Source of the DNA: a virus
Lineage: Duplodnaviria; Caudoviricetes
Reading direction: 5' to 3' (one strand)
IMG/VR virus record: IMGVR_UViG_2920580016_000002
Span: 26,285-90,284 of that record
DNA: 64,000 nucleotides
Shown here: positions 45,648-54,462 of the stretch, one piece after another
How the letters are laid out: each line of letters opens with the position of its first letter
Numbering within the stretch: the stretch's first letter is position 1
Position numbers and translations under genes: made by a program
The notes under the pieces: generated by a model
What the model saw: the letters and a program-made list of their open reading frames with translations, nothing else
Database searches by the model: none
What the model was told of the DNA's origin: nothing

Positions 45648-47189
45648 TTAGAAGTTTTCCTCGACGCTGGACTGTCCGTCCCACTGGCCGACCTTGATGA
45701 CGATGAATTCGGCGGGATACCTGAGGGCCACCCGCACATCGACATTCACGCGACCCGCGTTGATGGTCTGCGGAGTGTTGTTCGCATCCGAACAGACGAC
45801 GTTGAACGCTTCGCTTTCATTGCGTCCCGCAAGAACGCCCTGGCGGAGCAGATGCAGCAGATAGCGGTCGATCGTCATCTTGATGACCTGCCACAAGTCA
45901 GGTCCGTTCGGCTCGAACACGGCGAACTTCGAGATATCGACGAGCTGCTTCCGCAGCATGATGAGCGTGCGCCGGACAGGCACATACCGGTCGGGGAGTT
46001 CACGCTTCAACGTGCGCGAGCCCATGATGCAGATCCCGTTTCCGGGCACCAGTCGAATGACGTTGATGTGGTGATCCGCGAGGTCGTCCAGCTCGGCCGG
46101 AGTGAACTTGCACTCGGCGGCGAGAACGCCTTCCAGCTTGGTTTCCGTACCGGCCGGAGCCTTGGCCACATGCCGCACGCTGTCATTGCGCGCGAAACGC
46201 CCGAGAATAACGCCGCCCGGAGGCAGGAGCTTGACCGCGCCGTACATATTCGTCGCCGGGTCGCTGCACATCAGCCACGGCCCATAAACCGCCCCGTACG
46301 AGGTTGCGCGGTACGGGTCGGAACCCGTCACCAGGCCCGTGTAACCGGCGGCGATCTGAGAAGACGTCGCACCCTCGGCACCGCGCGGCCCGTCGATGAC
46401 GACAAACACCTTGCCCGTGGACTCGGCCCATTCCAGAACCGGGTTGATGATGCTGTCGCTGATGACGCCCGGAATGTTGAGGTCGATGTTGTCGTCCAGG
46501 TCGCCCAGCGTCTTGGCCGCCGCAACCATGTCGTAGGGGGCAACACCGTCACTACCCGTGCCGAGAAACGCGTCCGTCGCCGGAATGACGTCATTGGTCG
46601 GGTGGTAGACGTACGTCTCGGAAACCTTCAGGTTCGCCAGCCGCACAACGAGCGAGCCCGCCCACGAGGAATTGACGATCGTGATGGCGTAGCGCGAGTC
46701 GTTGGGGTTGGACGACAGGTCCTCGAAACGCTCCACCTCGCGCCCGCTATTGCGGATGATCAGCGTGAAACGCCCAGCCGGAGCACCGGTCGGCACCACG
46801 TGAACCGACAGGGTGTTACCACCCACGCCAGGCGACATCGCGGTGACCTTGATGGCATCCTGGGGACCGCCAGAACCAGCCGGACGCGAGTCCTTGAGCG
46901 TCACCGTGGCGTACGTCGCGTCCGAGCGCGCCGACCTGACGATGTAGCACTGGCCGCCGCCATTCTTGTAGAACATGTAGACGGCGTAGGGAAGGTAACT
47001 GCCCTGCGCGGCGAAGCCACCGAAAAGAGTGACGAACTGCGCCCACGACTTGATCTTCGTCGGCAGCGCCGGACCCTTCTCGGTGATGCCGACAAATGCC
47101 GCGACGGCACGCGCATCACCGTAACCAGCAGCCCCGCGCGGCGACAGATCCTCTTCGATGTATACGCCTGGGGTTAGGTACTCGGCCAC
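45648..47189 (-). CDS. Contractile tail sheath
   Basis: PGVYIEE, FVG.T.KGP, YGPW, PP.G...G, APAG, SRTL, FEPN. Confidence 0.95.
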   Translation of the reverse strand: MAEYLTPGVYIEEDLSPRGAAGYGDARAVAAFVGITEKGPALPTKIKSWAQFVTLFGGFAAQGSYLPYAVYMFYKNGGGQCYIVRSARSDATYATVTLKDSRPAGSGGPQDAIKVTAMSPGVGGNTLSVHVVPTGAPAGRFTLIIRNSGREVERFEDLSSNPNDSRYAITIVNSSWAGSLVVRLANLKVSETYVYHPTNDVIPATDAFLGTGSDGVAPYDMVAAAKTLGDLDDNIDLNIPGVISDSIINPVLEWAESTGKVFVVIDGPRGAEGATSSQIAAGYTGLVTGSDPYRATSYGAVYGPWLMCSDPATNMYGAVKLLPPGGVILGRFARNDSVRHVAKAPAGTETKLEGVLAAECKFTPAELDDLADHHINVIRLVPGNGICIMGSRTLKRELPDRYVPVRRTLIMLRKQLVDISKFAVFEPNGPDLWQVIKMTIDRYLLHLLRQGVLAGRNESEAFNVVCSDANNTPQTINAGRVNVDVRVALRYPAEFIVIKVGQWDGQSSVEENF

Positions 47190-47198
47190 TGAACTCCT

Positions 47199-47834
47199 CT
47201 AATCCTCGTCGCCTTCGTAAAGAAAGTCGAAATGCTCTGTCTCTTTGTCGTCGCGCAGGGGCCGAAGTGTCCCGGCGACGTGATCGGGATAAGTGAGCCG
47301 TTCGATTTCCCAAGGCGTCATCTCAGAGAAGACGCGGACCAAGTAGTAAGTCTCGAATATCCGCTTGTTGTCGGAGTCCAGACGGGACGAGAACGTCGGC
47401 CCTGCCTGCACATCCATGGACACTTCCACCCCGATTTCCGGGATGAGCAGCGTGCCCGCCCGATGCGGGATCCTCGCCTCTTTGCCCAGCTCAACCGTCA
47501 GAAGCGTCTGATGCTCCTGCATCCTGGTGTAGACGCTGATCTGATAGTCGATGTCGAAAGGGATCGGAAACCCCGCGTAGTAACCCCAGCGCGCCCCAGC
47601 AGGAACCGGATCCTTTCCCTCGGGCGTGTACGGGATTCGCACACGGCCTCGGTGCTCGCGATCCGTTGCCTGATAGACACCTGTCCGAGTTAGTATCAGA
47701 ATCGGGAAAGTCATATCAGCCGCTTCGGGCTCGGGCTGCGAAAACCGCACAGGAACAGGCTCTCCGAGACCAGGCAAACTGATCCCAGAGAGCCGCGCCT
47801 TTATCGCGCGATCCTCACGCAGAACCCACGGCAT
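47199..47834 (-). CDS. Tail terminator/completion protein (Pvc16-like)
   Basis: Upstream of sheath; P.P.DIDYQI..Y.R pattern. Confidence 0.65.
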   Translation of the reverse strand: MPWVLREDRAIKARLSGISLPGLGEPVPVRFSQPEPEAADMTFPILILTRTGVYQATDREHRGRVRIPYTPEGKDPVPAGARWGYYAGFPIPFDIDYQISVYTRMQEHQTLLTVELGKEARIPHRAGTLLIPEIGVEVSMDVQAGPTFSSRLDSDNKRIFETYYLVRVFSEMTPWEIERLTYPDHVAGTLRPLRDDKETEHFDFLYEGDED

Positions 47835-47882
47835 AGCTGGTTACGCGCCCCAGCCAATCGCGCCGAAAACAATCACAATGAA

Positions 47883-47942
47883 CCGCCCTTACAAGAAACG
47901 ACTACACAATTAGAGTAAGGGCGGAAGCGCAAACGTTTATAA
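47883..47942 (-). promoter_or_regulatory. TTATAAA motif plus 10-bp hairpin
   Basis: TTATAAACGTTTGCGCT resembles TTATAAACCTTGCGCT at 4357; CCGCCCTTAC/GTAAGGGCGG. Confidence 0.6.
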
Positions 47943-47953
47943 AACGGGCTCCG

Positions 47954-48496
47954 TCACGGATTCTCCGGCAATTCCGGCTGAGCTTCCGTCGTGTACCACT
48001 TCGAGAACTGGGCATCGCCCCTCAAGTCCTCGGGCTTGAGCTGTATCGCGTCGATACCGGCGACGAGATCGTGCCTGCGTATCTGACCGAGCACGGAAAT
48101 CCGGGTAACGCGGTAGACGCGGTCGTCGTACACCAACCTGTCCCTGACGTACTGACCGTGCTTGACGTCCATCGCCGCCAGCCCCGCCAGCTCCAGGCCA
48201 GCGACCGGCACCGTCACGTGCAAACTGTCCGTCCAGTAGAGACCTCCCTGCATCCTGTCCGGGTTGCCTTCCTCACGAATGAGGCGGATCACGGGAATCC
48301 GGATCGGGCCAGTGAAGACCCGACCGCCGGACGACGGCTCGTCATAGACGGGGTGGTAAGCCGACTCTGTGCGGCTGTAGCGGTAGTACTCCGCCCAGTC
48401 GCCCCACACGTCCTGGTGATCCACCATGGCGTCGTCGGCCAGGCCGCCTTCGTAGACGTGATCGAAGCGACCGCGCTTCCTGTCGAGACGGCTCAT
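47954..48496 (-). CDS. Head-tail connector/stopper protein
   Basis: Position; DRLVYD..VYRV..I. Confidence 0.7.
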   Translation of the reverse strand: MSRLDRKRGRFDHVYEGGLADDAMVDHQDVWGDWAEYYRYSRTESAYHPVYDEPSSGGRVFTGPIRIPVIRLIREEGNPDRMQGGLYWTDSLHVTVPVAGLELAGLAAMDVKHGQYVRDRLVYDDRVYRVTRISVLGQIRRHDLVAGIDAIQLKPEDLRGDAQFSKWYTTEAQPELPENP

Positions 48497-49305
48497 CAGT
48501 AGCCAAAGCCTCCCCAGACCGGGGACGGGATGCCGGACTCGTCCTCGTCAGGGATGTCACGGTCAGGGAGCTGGCGGATGGGCAGGCCGTGCTCGTCGTA
48601 CTCTCTCGCGGCGAAGACGGGGACGTAGCGGCCGGTGAGGTAGGAGACACGGCGTAGCGTGCCCTGCTCGATCTTGTAGAGGCCGACGTTGAGCTGCTTG
48701 CACAACTGCTTGTAGCGGTCGGTCAGCACGTCGATCGTCCGCATGATCTGCGCCCAGCGCTGGCCGCGCGGCAGATGCGTGCCCTCGGCCGTGGAGATGT
48801 CCATGTCGGAGCTGGCGTCCGTGAGCATGGTCCACAACGCCTCGATCGTCGCCAGGATCGCAACGCAGTCGATCTCGATAGCAGGCAGGTTGGCCAGAGT
48901 CTTCTTCTCGCGCCGGATCTTGATGAAGCCTGTGCCCTCCTCGCGGAAGCGCGTCTGGAGGAACTGGCCGTGGCAGTGCTGCCGGGCTGCCGTGTCTACG
49001 AAGCGCGTGATCTCCGAATCGGCGAACATCGAGTACGCGGTACCGGACACTGCGAGGCGCGAGCCGACCGGCACCGGATCCACCAGCGTCAGCAGCCCCG
49101 TGCGCGTGTCCAGCAGGAAGAGCGCGGGATCGATCGGCGCTGGCACGCCATTGGTGACGATGCGAACCTGGACCGTCGCCGGGTCGATGTTGCGGACACC
49201 GACCTCATAGGAGTCATGGCCGCCGTCGAAAGACTTGAGGAAGCTTGCGCCCAGGTCGCCGATTTCAGTCCGTACCCGAGCGATGAAGTCAGCAGTAGTG
49301 GGCAC
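48496..49305 (-). CDS. Head-tail adaptor
   Basis: RVR.EIGD, FADSEI, position after capsid genes. Confidence 0.7.
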   Translation of the reverse strand: MPTTADFIARVRTEIGDLGASFLKSFDGGHDSYEVGVRNIDPATVQVRIVTNGVPAPIDPALFLLDTRTGLLTLVDPVPVGSRLAVSGTAYSMFADSEITRFVDTAARQHCHGQFLQTRFREEGTGFIKIRREKKTLANLPAIEIDCVAILATIEALWTMLTDASSDMDISTAEGTHLPRGQRWAQIMRTIDVLTDRYKQLCKQLNVGLYKIEQGTLRRVSYLTGRYVPVFAAREYDEHGLPIRQLPDRDIPDEDESGIPSPVWGGFGY

Positions 49306-49336
49306 GCTTCTATTCTCGGCTCTGCCCGATTTCTTT

Positions 49337-49373
49337 TGTTAATGACGAAGGCCCCCGAGAGATTCGGGGGCCT
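49337..49373 (-). terminator. Terminator hairpin followed by ATTAACA motif
   Basis: AGGCCCCCGA/TCGGGGGCCT 49349-49373; motif 49337-49343. Confidence 0.65.
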
Positions 49374-49409
49374 CGCCAACCATCCTCAGGGTAGCGATTC
49401 TGAGGAAGC

Positions 49410-49829
49410 CTAGGACTCGCTGATGGACAGCTTTGCGACGGCGATCTGAAGCGCCTGCCCATTGACGGGCTGCTGCGGGCTGTCCAACTGCCACTTGTAG
49501 AGCACCTTGCCGCTGGTGCCCACCGGAACCGTCACCAGCACCGCGTGGGTAATCGGCACCGTCACATCCTGGGTGACCGGGCCGAAGGTGATGATGCCGC
49601 TGTTGGAAATGACGCTCGGCCGGGCCAGCGTCGCATCCGTCCACGTGACAACCTGCCGCGAATAGCCCGGCGTGGTCAGCTCCGGGAGCGAGGTCATCTC
49701 GACGTTATCGGCCACATTGGCGGTCAGCAGCGCGAGATACGTGGAGAAGGTACCGGTGTACTCCAGGTTCTTCCCGACGTAGTAATTAAGCTTCGTCCGC
49801 GCCCCGTGCGCGGTGGGGTTACCTGGCAT
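49410..49829 (-). CDS. Virion structural protein (phage tail-fibre-like small domain)
   Basis: Y.AL.TA..., GYSRQ.V.W, I.FG, G..L pattern. Confidence 0.7.
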   Translation of the reverse strand: MPGNPTAHGARTKLNYYVGKNLEYTGTFSTYLALLTANVADNVEMTSLPELTTPGYSRQVVTWTDATLARPSVISNSGIITFGPVTQDVTVPITHAVLVTVPVGTSGKVLYKWQLDSPQQPVNGQALQIAVAKLSISES

Positions 49830-49832
49830 TGC

Positions 49833-50084
49833 TTACGACACCTTCTGGAACATGACGACGAACTCGGGAACAGGGAGGGCGAGGAAGCGAATGCACCCAT
49901 CGATGCACGTGTACTGGAAGAGAACGGAGTCATATTCCGAGTAACCGATGCCGGGAGTACCGGACGGGTAGATGCCGAGGATCTCCACCTCAGTACCGGC
50001 AGGCAGCGCGCCGGGGCCAACGCCCCAGTCGTCAATGAGCCGCCAGGTCTCGCCTACCTCAGGAATGATCGTGGGGTCGCTCAT
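49833..50084 (-). CDS. Hypothetical protein
   Basis: TAATG coupling. Confidence 0.7.
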   Translation of the reverse strand: MSDPTIIPEVGETWRLIDDWGVGPGALPAGTEVEILGIYPSGTPGIGYSEYDSVLFQYTCIDGCIRFLALPVPEFVVMFQKVS

Positions 50085-50458
50085 TAATGCCAGACCAGGC
50101 CCTTCTGCTCCAGAATCAGAGCGACATGACTGGGGACGCGGTAGACGACACCGCGCTTGAAGTCATAGGACGTGCCCGGACCCACGGTCATCTGCTCGAT
50201 ATCGCTGTTCACCCGAATCTTGCGAGATGCCTCGCCGGTAGCGGAGCCGATCTGAATCTCGCCCGCGTCGGCCGCGACGGGCTCGGCAGGCTTGGTGTAA
50301 TCGACCTCGGTCTCCTCATCCGCATTCAGCGGAACAGTGCCGGTGATGGTCGAGAGCTGACCGGCGCGAGCCGCCAGCTCCTCAGCGTGCTTCTCCGCCA
50401 GTTCTTCAGCGATACGCCCAGTGACGTCTTGCGGATTCTTGCGCGGACGTCCAGCCAC
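50084..50458 (-). CDS. Head-associated hypothetical protein
   Basis: SD GGAG before GTG 50458; IRVN.D.E.MT.G, F..G..Y.VP..VA..L..KG.VWH. Confidence 0.8.
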   Translation of the reverse strand: MAGRPRKNPQDVTGRIAEELAEKHAEELAARAGQLSTITGTVPLNADEETEVDYTKPAEPVAADAGEIQIGSATGEASRKIRVNSDIEQMTVGPGTSYDFKRGVVYRVPSHVALILEQKGLVWH

Positions 50459-50461
50459 AGT

Positions 50462-50527
50462 TTCTCCAAAACGTTGACGACGACTAGTCACATCAAGTTT
50501 GGAGAACGTCCCCGAAAAAGTGTTAAT
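50462..50527 (-). promoter_or_regulatory. ATTAACA motif plus SD-sequestering hairpin
   Basis: TTCTCCAAA/TTTGGAGAA plus inner TTGA/TCAA and GAC/GTC. Confidence 0.7.
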
Positions 50528-50579
50528 GTCCGATTCTCGAAGATAGCTGTTTTGCTTGGTATGCAATCTGATGAAGAGT

Positions 50580-50616
50580 TTGACGTCATAGCCCAGAAGC
50601 GTGTACCTTTGTCCGC
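50580..50616 (+). promoter_or_regulatory. Housekeeping-sigma promoter, probably leaderless mRNA
   Basis: TTGACG-N18-TACCTT, 7 nt before ATG 50617, no SD. Confidence 0.75.
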
Positions 50617-51234
50617 ATGAAGTTCCCGGACGGGAAAGAATGCCCGACCTGTCACGAAACCAAGACCGACTTCCGAGGCGACGACTGCCAAGCCTGTTAC
50701 CGGCGAGCGAGGCGGCGGGAGGCGGGTCTGAAGCGAGACCCCGACAAGCCGCCAATGAGCGCGGAAGTCCTCACCGCCAACACGAAACGACTGAAGGCTC
50801 CTGCCGGTGCCTTCCTCCAGAAACCGTGTCTCGAATGGACCGGCCCGGTGGACAGCAAGGGCAATCCCCGCTACTGGGACTCCTCGCTGTACGTCGAAGG
50901 TGAGAAGAACAGCGGGCATGTGAACGTTCGCCGCTGGGTCGTCGCCCAGCGCGGCCCGCTCGCAGACGACGAACTCGTCAGGCTCATGTGCGGTAACCCC
51001 CTCTGTCTGGAGGAGAGCCACACAACGATCACCAACAAGTCGCAGGCTGCCAGGGACCGCAACACCAAGCGCGGCCAGAAGAATCGGGCCGAAGAGCTGG
51101 TTGAGCAGCTCCGCCTGATCATCCCCGAGAATCACGAGCTGGACGACGTGGGCACTGCCGACGCCTACAAGTTGACTCGTATCTATGAACTCCTGTGGGG
51201 CAAGCCCCACCCTCAAGCATCGGAGATCCAGTGA
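50617..51234 (+). CDS. Degenerate HNH/His-Cys-box protein with N-terminal Zn finger
   Basis: CLEWTG..., CGNPLC..SH; catalytic His/Asn positions substituted. Confidence 0.7.
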   Translation: MKFPDGKECPTCHETKTDFRGDDCQACYRRARRREAGLKRDPDKPPMSAEVLTANTKRLKAPAGAFLQKPCLEWTGPVDSKGNPRYWDSSLYVEGEKNSGHVNVRRWVVAQRGPLADDELVRLMCGNPLCLEESHTTITNKSQAARDRNTKRGQKNRAEELVEQLRLIIPENHELDDVGTADAYKLTRIYELLWGKPHPQASEIQ

Positions 51235-51803
51235 AGCTCTTCGTCAACAGCCACACGTTTCTGCCTGTCGAGTGGTCCAAGGCCGTAGGCCAGACGCATG
51301 TGCACAACAGCGCGCACCTGGTAGTCATCGCTGCGCGCAAGAGCGAAGGGCAGGCCATGCTTGTCGAGCGTGGACAGTCCGAAAGCCTGATGGACGCTAC
51401 CAAGCTCGTCAGCCACAGCAGGCTCAGCACAGACCTGAAGCTTCTCACCGGGGCCGGAGTGATCGATCTGGAGACTCCCGCCGTCTACATCTTCAACCGT
51501 GGCGTGAAGAATGATCCGGTGTTCCGCGTCGAGCCCGACGGCACCCTCACCCCCGTGGCCTACTTCCGCTATGAGTCCAAGGTCGGCGGACGTGATCTGT
51601 TCATCGAGCCTGTTACGCCGCGCATGCTGGCGCGCGAGCGAGTGAAGGCGTTCCTGGAGGCTCGCGCCTTCGTCACCCAGGGGGGTCGGCACAGCACCAT
51701 GGACAAGAATGTCGTCGCCGCCGCCGGTAACAAGGACGGCGAGGTGGTAGAGCTTCTGCGGGCCGATCTGGAGCTGCTGGTTTCGGAGGATCAGGCCGAG
51801 TGA
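51231..51803 (+). CDS. Hypothetical protein
   Basis: GTGA coupling. Confidence 0.75.
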   Translation: MKLFVNSHTFLPVEWSKAVGQTHVHNSAHLVVIAARKSEGQAMLVERGQSESLMDATKLVSHSRLSTDLKLLTGAGVIDLETPAVYIFNRGVKNDPVFRVEPDGTLTPVAYFRYESKVGGRDLFIEPVTPRMLARERVKAFLEARAFVTQGGRHSTMDKNVVAAAGNKDGEVVELLRADLELLVSEDQAE

Positions 51804-52237
51804 AGCTGCGGTTCAGGTGTGAGATCCGGGTTGACCGCGACCGCTGGATGGACTGGCACGCCGACGGCAAGGAAGATCTGGATATCGCCATTGGCCACTA
51901 CATCAGTGCCGGGATCGACTACCTCCCCGGATTCTGCGACACCGACGCCATCATCCGGCGCTGGGGCGGCTCCAAGCCGCAGACGTACGAGTGGACGCTG
52001 GAGGTCAGCGCAGCGAGCTGGGAGAGCTGGGCAGGAATCCGGCCCGGCCGGACGCGCCGAGACATCATCGACTACACGACGTACGCCATCCCCTGGATGT
52101 TCGCCGGGCTGGAGCAGACCAAGGCCGATGTCATCTGGCACGGCGTGACGCCCGTGGACTACTCCACGCCGGAGAAGCGGCACGAGCTGCTGTGGCGCTG
52201 GCCAACGTCGCGTTCGTGCGACTGCTGGGGCTCGTAG
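51800..52237 (+). CDS. Trp-rich hypothetical protein
   Basis: GTGA coupling. Confidence 0.7.
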   Translation: MKLRFRCEIRVDRDRWMDWHADGKEDLDIAIGHYISAGIDYLPGFCDTDAIIRRWGGSKPQTYEWTLEVSAASWESWAGIRPGRTRRDIIDYTTYAIPWMFAGLEQTKADVIWHGVTPVDYSTPEKRHELLWRWPTSRSCDCWGS

Positions 52238-52251
52238 CAGAGGATGAGTGA

Positions 52252-52464
52252 GTGATGGACGAAGAGCAGTGGATTCTGGAGTACACCGACCACGGCGTCT
52301 TCTGGCGTGAAGATGCCGGAGAGTCTCGTAGACAAGCCCTCGCCTATGCCGACTTCCTCATGGTGGAGCGAGGCGCTTCCCTCGCCAGGCTGCTCCGGCC
52401 AGATGGCACAGTCGAGCTGGAGGACAAGGCGCTGGACGAGGCGGCTTTCAACTCAGGTGAGTAG
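52252..52464 (+). CDS. Small acidic hypothetical protein
   Basis: SD GAGGA. Confidence 0.65.
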   Translation: MMDEEQWILEYTDHGVFWREDAGESRRQALAYADFLMVERGASLARLLRPDGTVELEDKALDEAAFNSGE

Positions 52465-52483
52465 CCGTCTCTCAAACAGGGGC

Positions 52484-52522
52484 AAGCCCCCAGCTCCCAC
52501 GCGCGGAGTTGGGGGCTTCTTC
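52484..52522 (+). terminator. Terminator closing the inverted cassette (possibly bidirectional)
   Basis: AAGCCCCCAGCTCC/GGAGTTGGGGGCTT then CTTC. Confidence 0.7.
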
Positions 52523-52586
52523 ATGCCCCAGTTAGACGTCCCAGAATCGCTCTGGTAGTCTCTGATACAGGGGTTGAACTGGAAGA

Positions 52587-53678
52587 TCAGTTCGTCTCGA
52601 TCAAGACCACGGACTGGTCCGTAATGAGACCCAGACCCCAGATAGCGTACCAGGCCAGGAGGTGCTCTCGGCCGAAGTCCTGGATGCCGCCGTCCCTCAG
52701 TTCGACCGGCAGCGAGATGGCGTGCCCGAAAGCGTTGTCACCCAGAACGACCGCCTGGTACACTGACTGGCCTGCGGGAACGTCGATCGCCTTGCCGAGA
52801 GAGACGTCCTCGTACTTGCCGCCGATCTCCGCCCGAGTGGCGGTCGTCAGCTTCGAGACCTGCGTGCTCTCGATGAACACGACGTCATCGATCCTGCCGA
52901 TCTCGCCGATCTGGAAGTTCCCTGGGGACGCGTACTGGGTCATGTTGATCCAGTTCGGGTCGTCCCGGAGTCGGCGGGACTGGTGCGGATGTACGAAACA
53001 CACGTACGAATCGCCCAACCTGGGTGTGTTTTTCGTACTCAGGGTCTCGACTGCGTCCTTGATCGCGGAGACGGTCAGGTGGTAGTTGCCGGTCAGGCCC
53101 ATCCGCATGGAGAGCGTGCCCGCAGCCTCGCCCGGAACCTGGGTCGCGGTCGGCAGCGTGCCCAGATCGAACGGCGACATCCTCGTCTGCGGCGAGGTGG
53201 ACATGATCTTGTCGTAGCCGTACAGGTGCGAGGTGGCCTGGAGGAGCGTGTTCCTCGCGCTCTCATCCAGGTAGGTCGCCATGTTGCGCCCGAGCAGGCG
53301 GCTGGCGGTGGCCATGACGTCGTCGAACGAGGCGTTCAGCAGAAGCTCGGTGACGCCGATCGCGTAGCCGTGCTCACTGACAGTAATCGAGAACTGGGTG
53401 GCGGTGAGCGCGGCGGTCTGCATCCGCACACCTTCAACGAGCTGGCTCGCCTTGCCCAGGTTGTTGTAGCGCGTAAAGTTGATCGAAAGTCCGGGCTGGA
53501 CGCCAAGTTCAGTCTTCTTTACGGCAAATTGTTCGAATTTTAGCACCGGCATGGCCTGGAACAAGATCTCCTTGCTCCAGATGGTCTGGATGACCGGCGA
53601 CAGCATAGAGTTAGCACCACCCGTGTACGCCGTCGGCGTGGCCGACAGGTTGGGGGTACCGGTGATTGCACTAGGCAT
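52587..53678 (-). CDS. Major capsid protein (N4-gp56 family)
   Basis: IQTIWSKEILFQAMP.L.FEQFAVKKTELG, GEIGR, ELRDGG..DFGREH..AWY.IWG. Confidence 0.92.
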   Translation of the reverse strand: MPSAITGTPNLSATPTAYTGGANSMLSPVIQTIWSKEILFQAMPVLKFEQFAVKKTELGVQPGLSINFTRYNNLGKASQLVEGVRMQTAALTATQFSITVSEHGYAIGVTELLLNASFDDVMATASRLLGRNMATYLDESARNTLLQATSHLYGYDKIMSTSPQTRMSPFDLGTLPTATQVPGEAAGTLSMRMGLTGNYHLTVSAIKDAVETLSTKNTPRLGDSYVCFVHPHQSRRLRDDPNWINMTQYASPGNFQIGEIGRIDDVVFIESTQVSKLTTATRAEIGGKYEDVSLGKAIDVPAGQSVYQAVVLGDNAFGHAISLPVELRDGGIQDFGREHLLAWYAIWGLGLITDQSVVLIETN

Positions 53679-53693
53679 GAAGAGACGTACTTC

Positions 53694-54449
53694 CTATCCG
53701 AAGATTCCACGGTTGGAAGCCGACGCTCCGATGACCTGGCCACGGATCTTGGCCCACTCGGAGATCGGCATGTCGTTTAGCTCGGCGTTGGAGTACGTCT
53801 TCGTGTTCAGAGAGTTGTCCATGGGGCCATCCATCGGGGTGTATCCGTAGGGAGACACGCCCTGCTGCTCGGCAGCCAGCGCAGTCTGCGCCGCTGCCAG
53901 CTCCGAAGTGATGGCGTCGGTCTTGGCGATCATCGTGGCGATGGACGCCTCGACCTCTTCGGGGCTGTTGCCGGTGATCAGGTCGAGGAGCTGGGGCGCG
54001 ATGCGCTCCCTCTCCTCGTTCACTCGGGTCTGGATATAAGCCTGGAGCTGAGCCATCTCCTTCTCCTTCTGGAAAAGGACCCGCTCCCGCTCGCGCTCAG
54101 CCTCGATCGCGGCAAGCTTGGCCTCGAACTCGGCCTTCTGCTGAAGGACGAGATCCCGTACGGACATCTCCTCCTCAGCCTTCTGGCGCTCGGCCTCGGC
54201 ACGCTGCCTCTCGGCTTCGGCCTTGGCGTCGTCCTCGGCCTTACGCGCGGCCAGCAGCTCCTCAAGCTGGGACTGCATCGTGCGCGTTCGCTCCTCGGCC
54301 TCCGTCAGGCGACCGTAGAGCTTGTCCTTCTCCTGCTGCCTCGCCCGCTGAATGTCCTCGGCGGTGTAGCGGCTATCAGAAGTCGGGGCCGGGGAAACCG
54401 GAGCGTCCACGACGTCTCCGGGCTGCTCACTGAAAATCTGGTCGGGCAC
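53694..54449 (-). CDS. Capsid scaffolding protein
   Basis: Coiled coil; R.QEKDKLY; position between portal and MCP. Confidence 0.8.
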   Translation of the reverse strand: MPDQIFSEQPGDVVDAPVSPAPTSDSRYTAEDIQRARQQEKDKLYGRLTEAEERTRTMQSQLEELLAARKAEDDAKAEAERQRAEAERQKAEEEMSVRDLVLQQKAEFEAKLAAIEAERERERVLFQKEKEMAQLQAYIQTRVNEERERIAPQLLDLITGNSPEEVEASIATMIAKTDAITSELAAAQTALAAEQQGVSPYGYTPMDGPMDNSLNTKTYSNAELNDMPISEWAKIRGQVIGASASNRGIFG

Positions 54450-54462
54450 TTAGCTCGAATCC

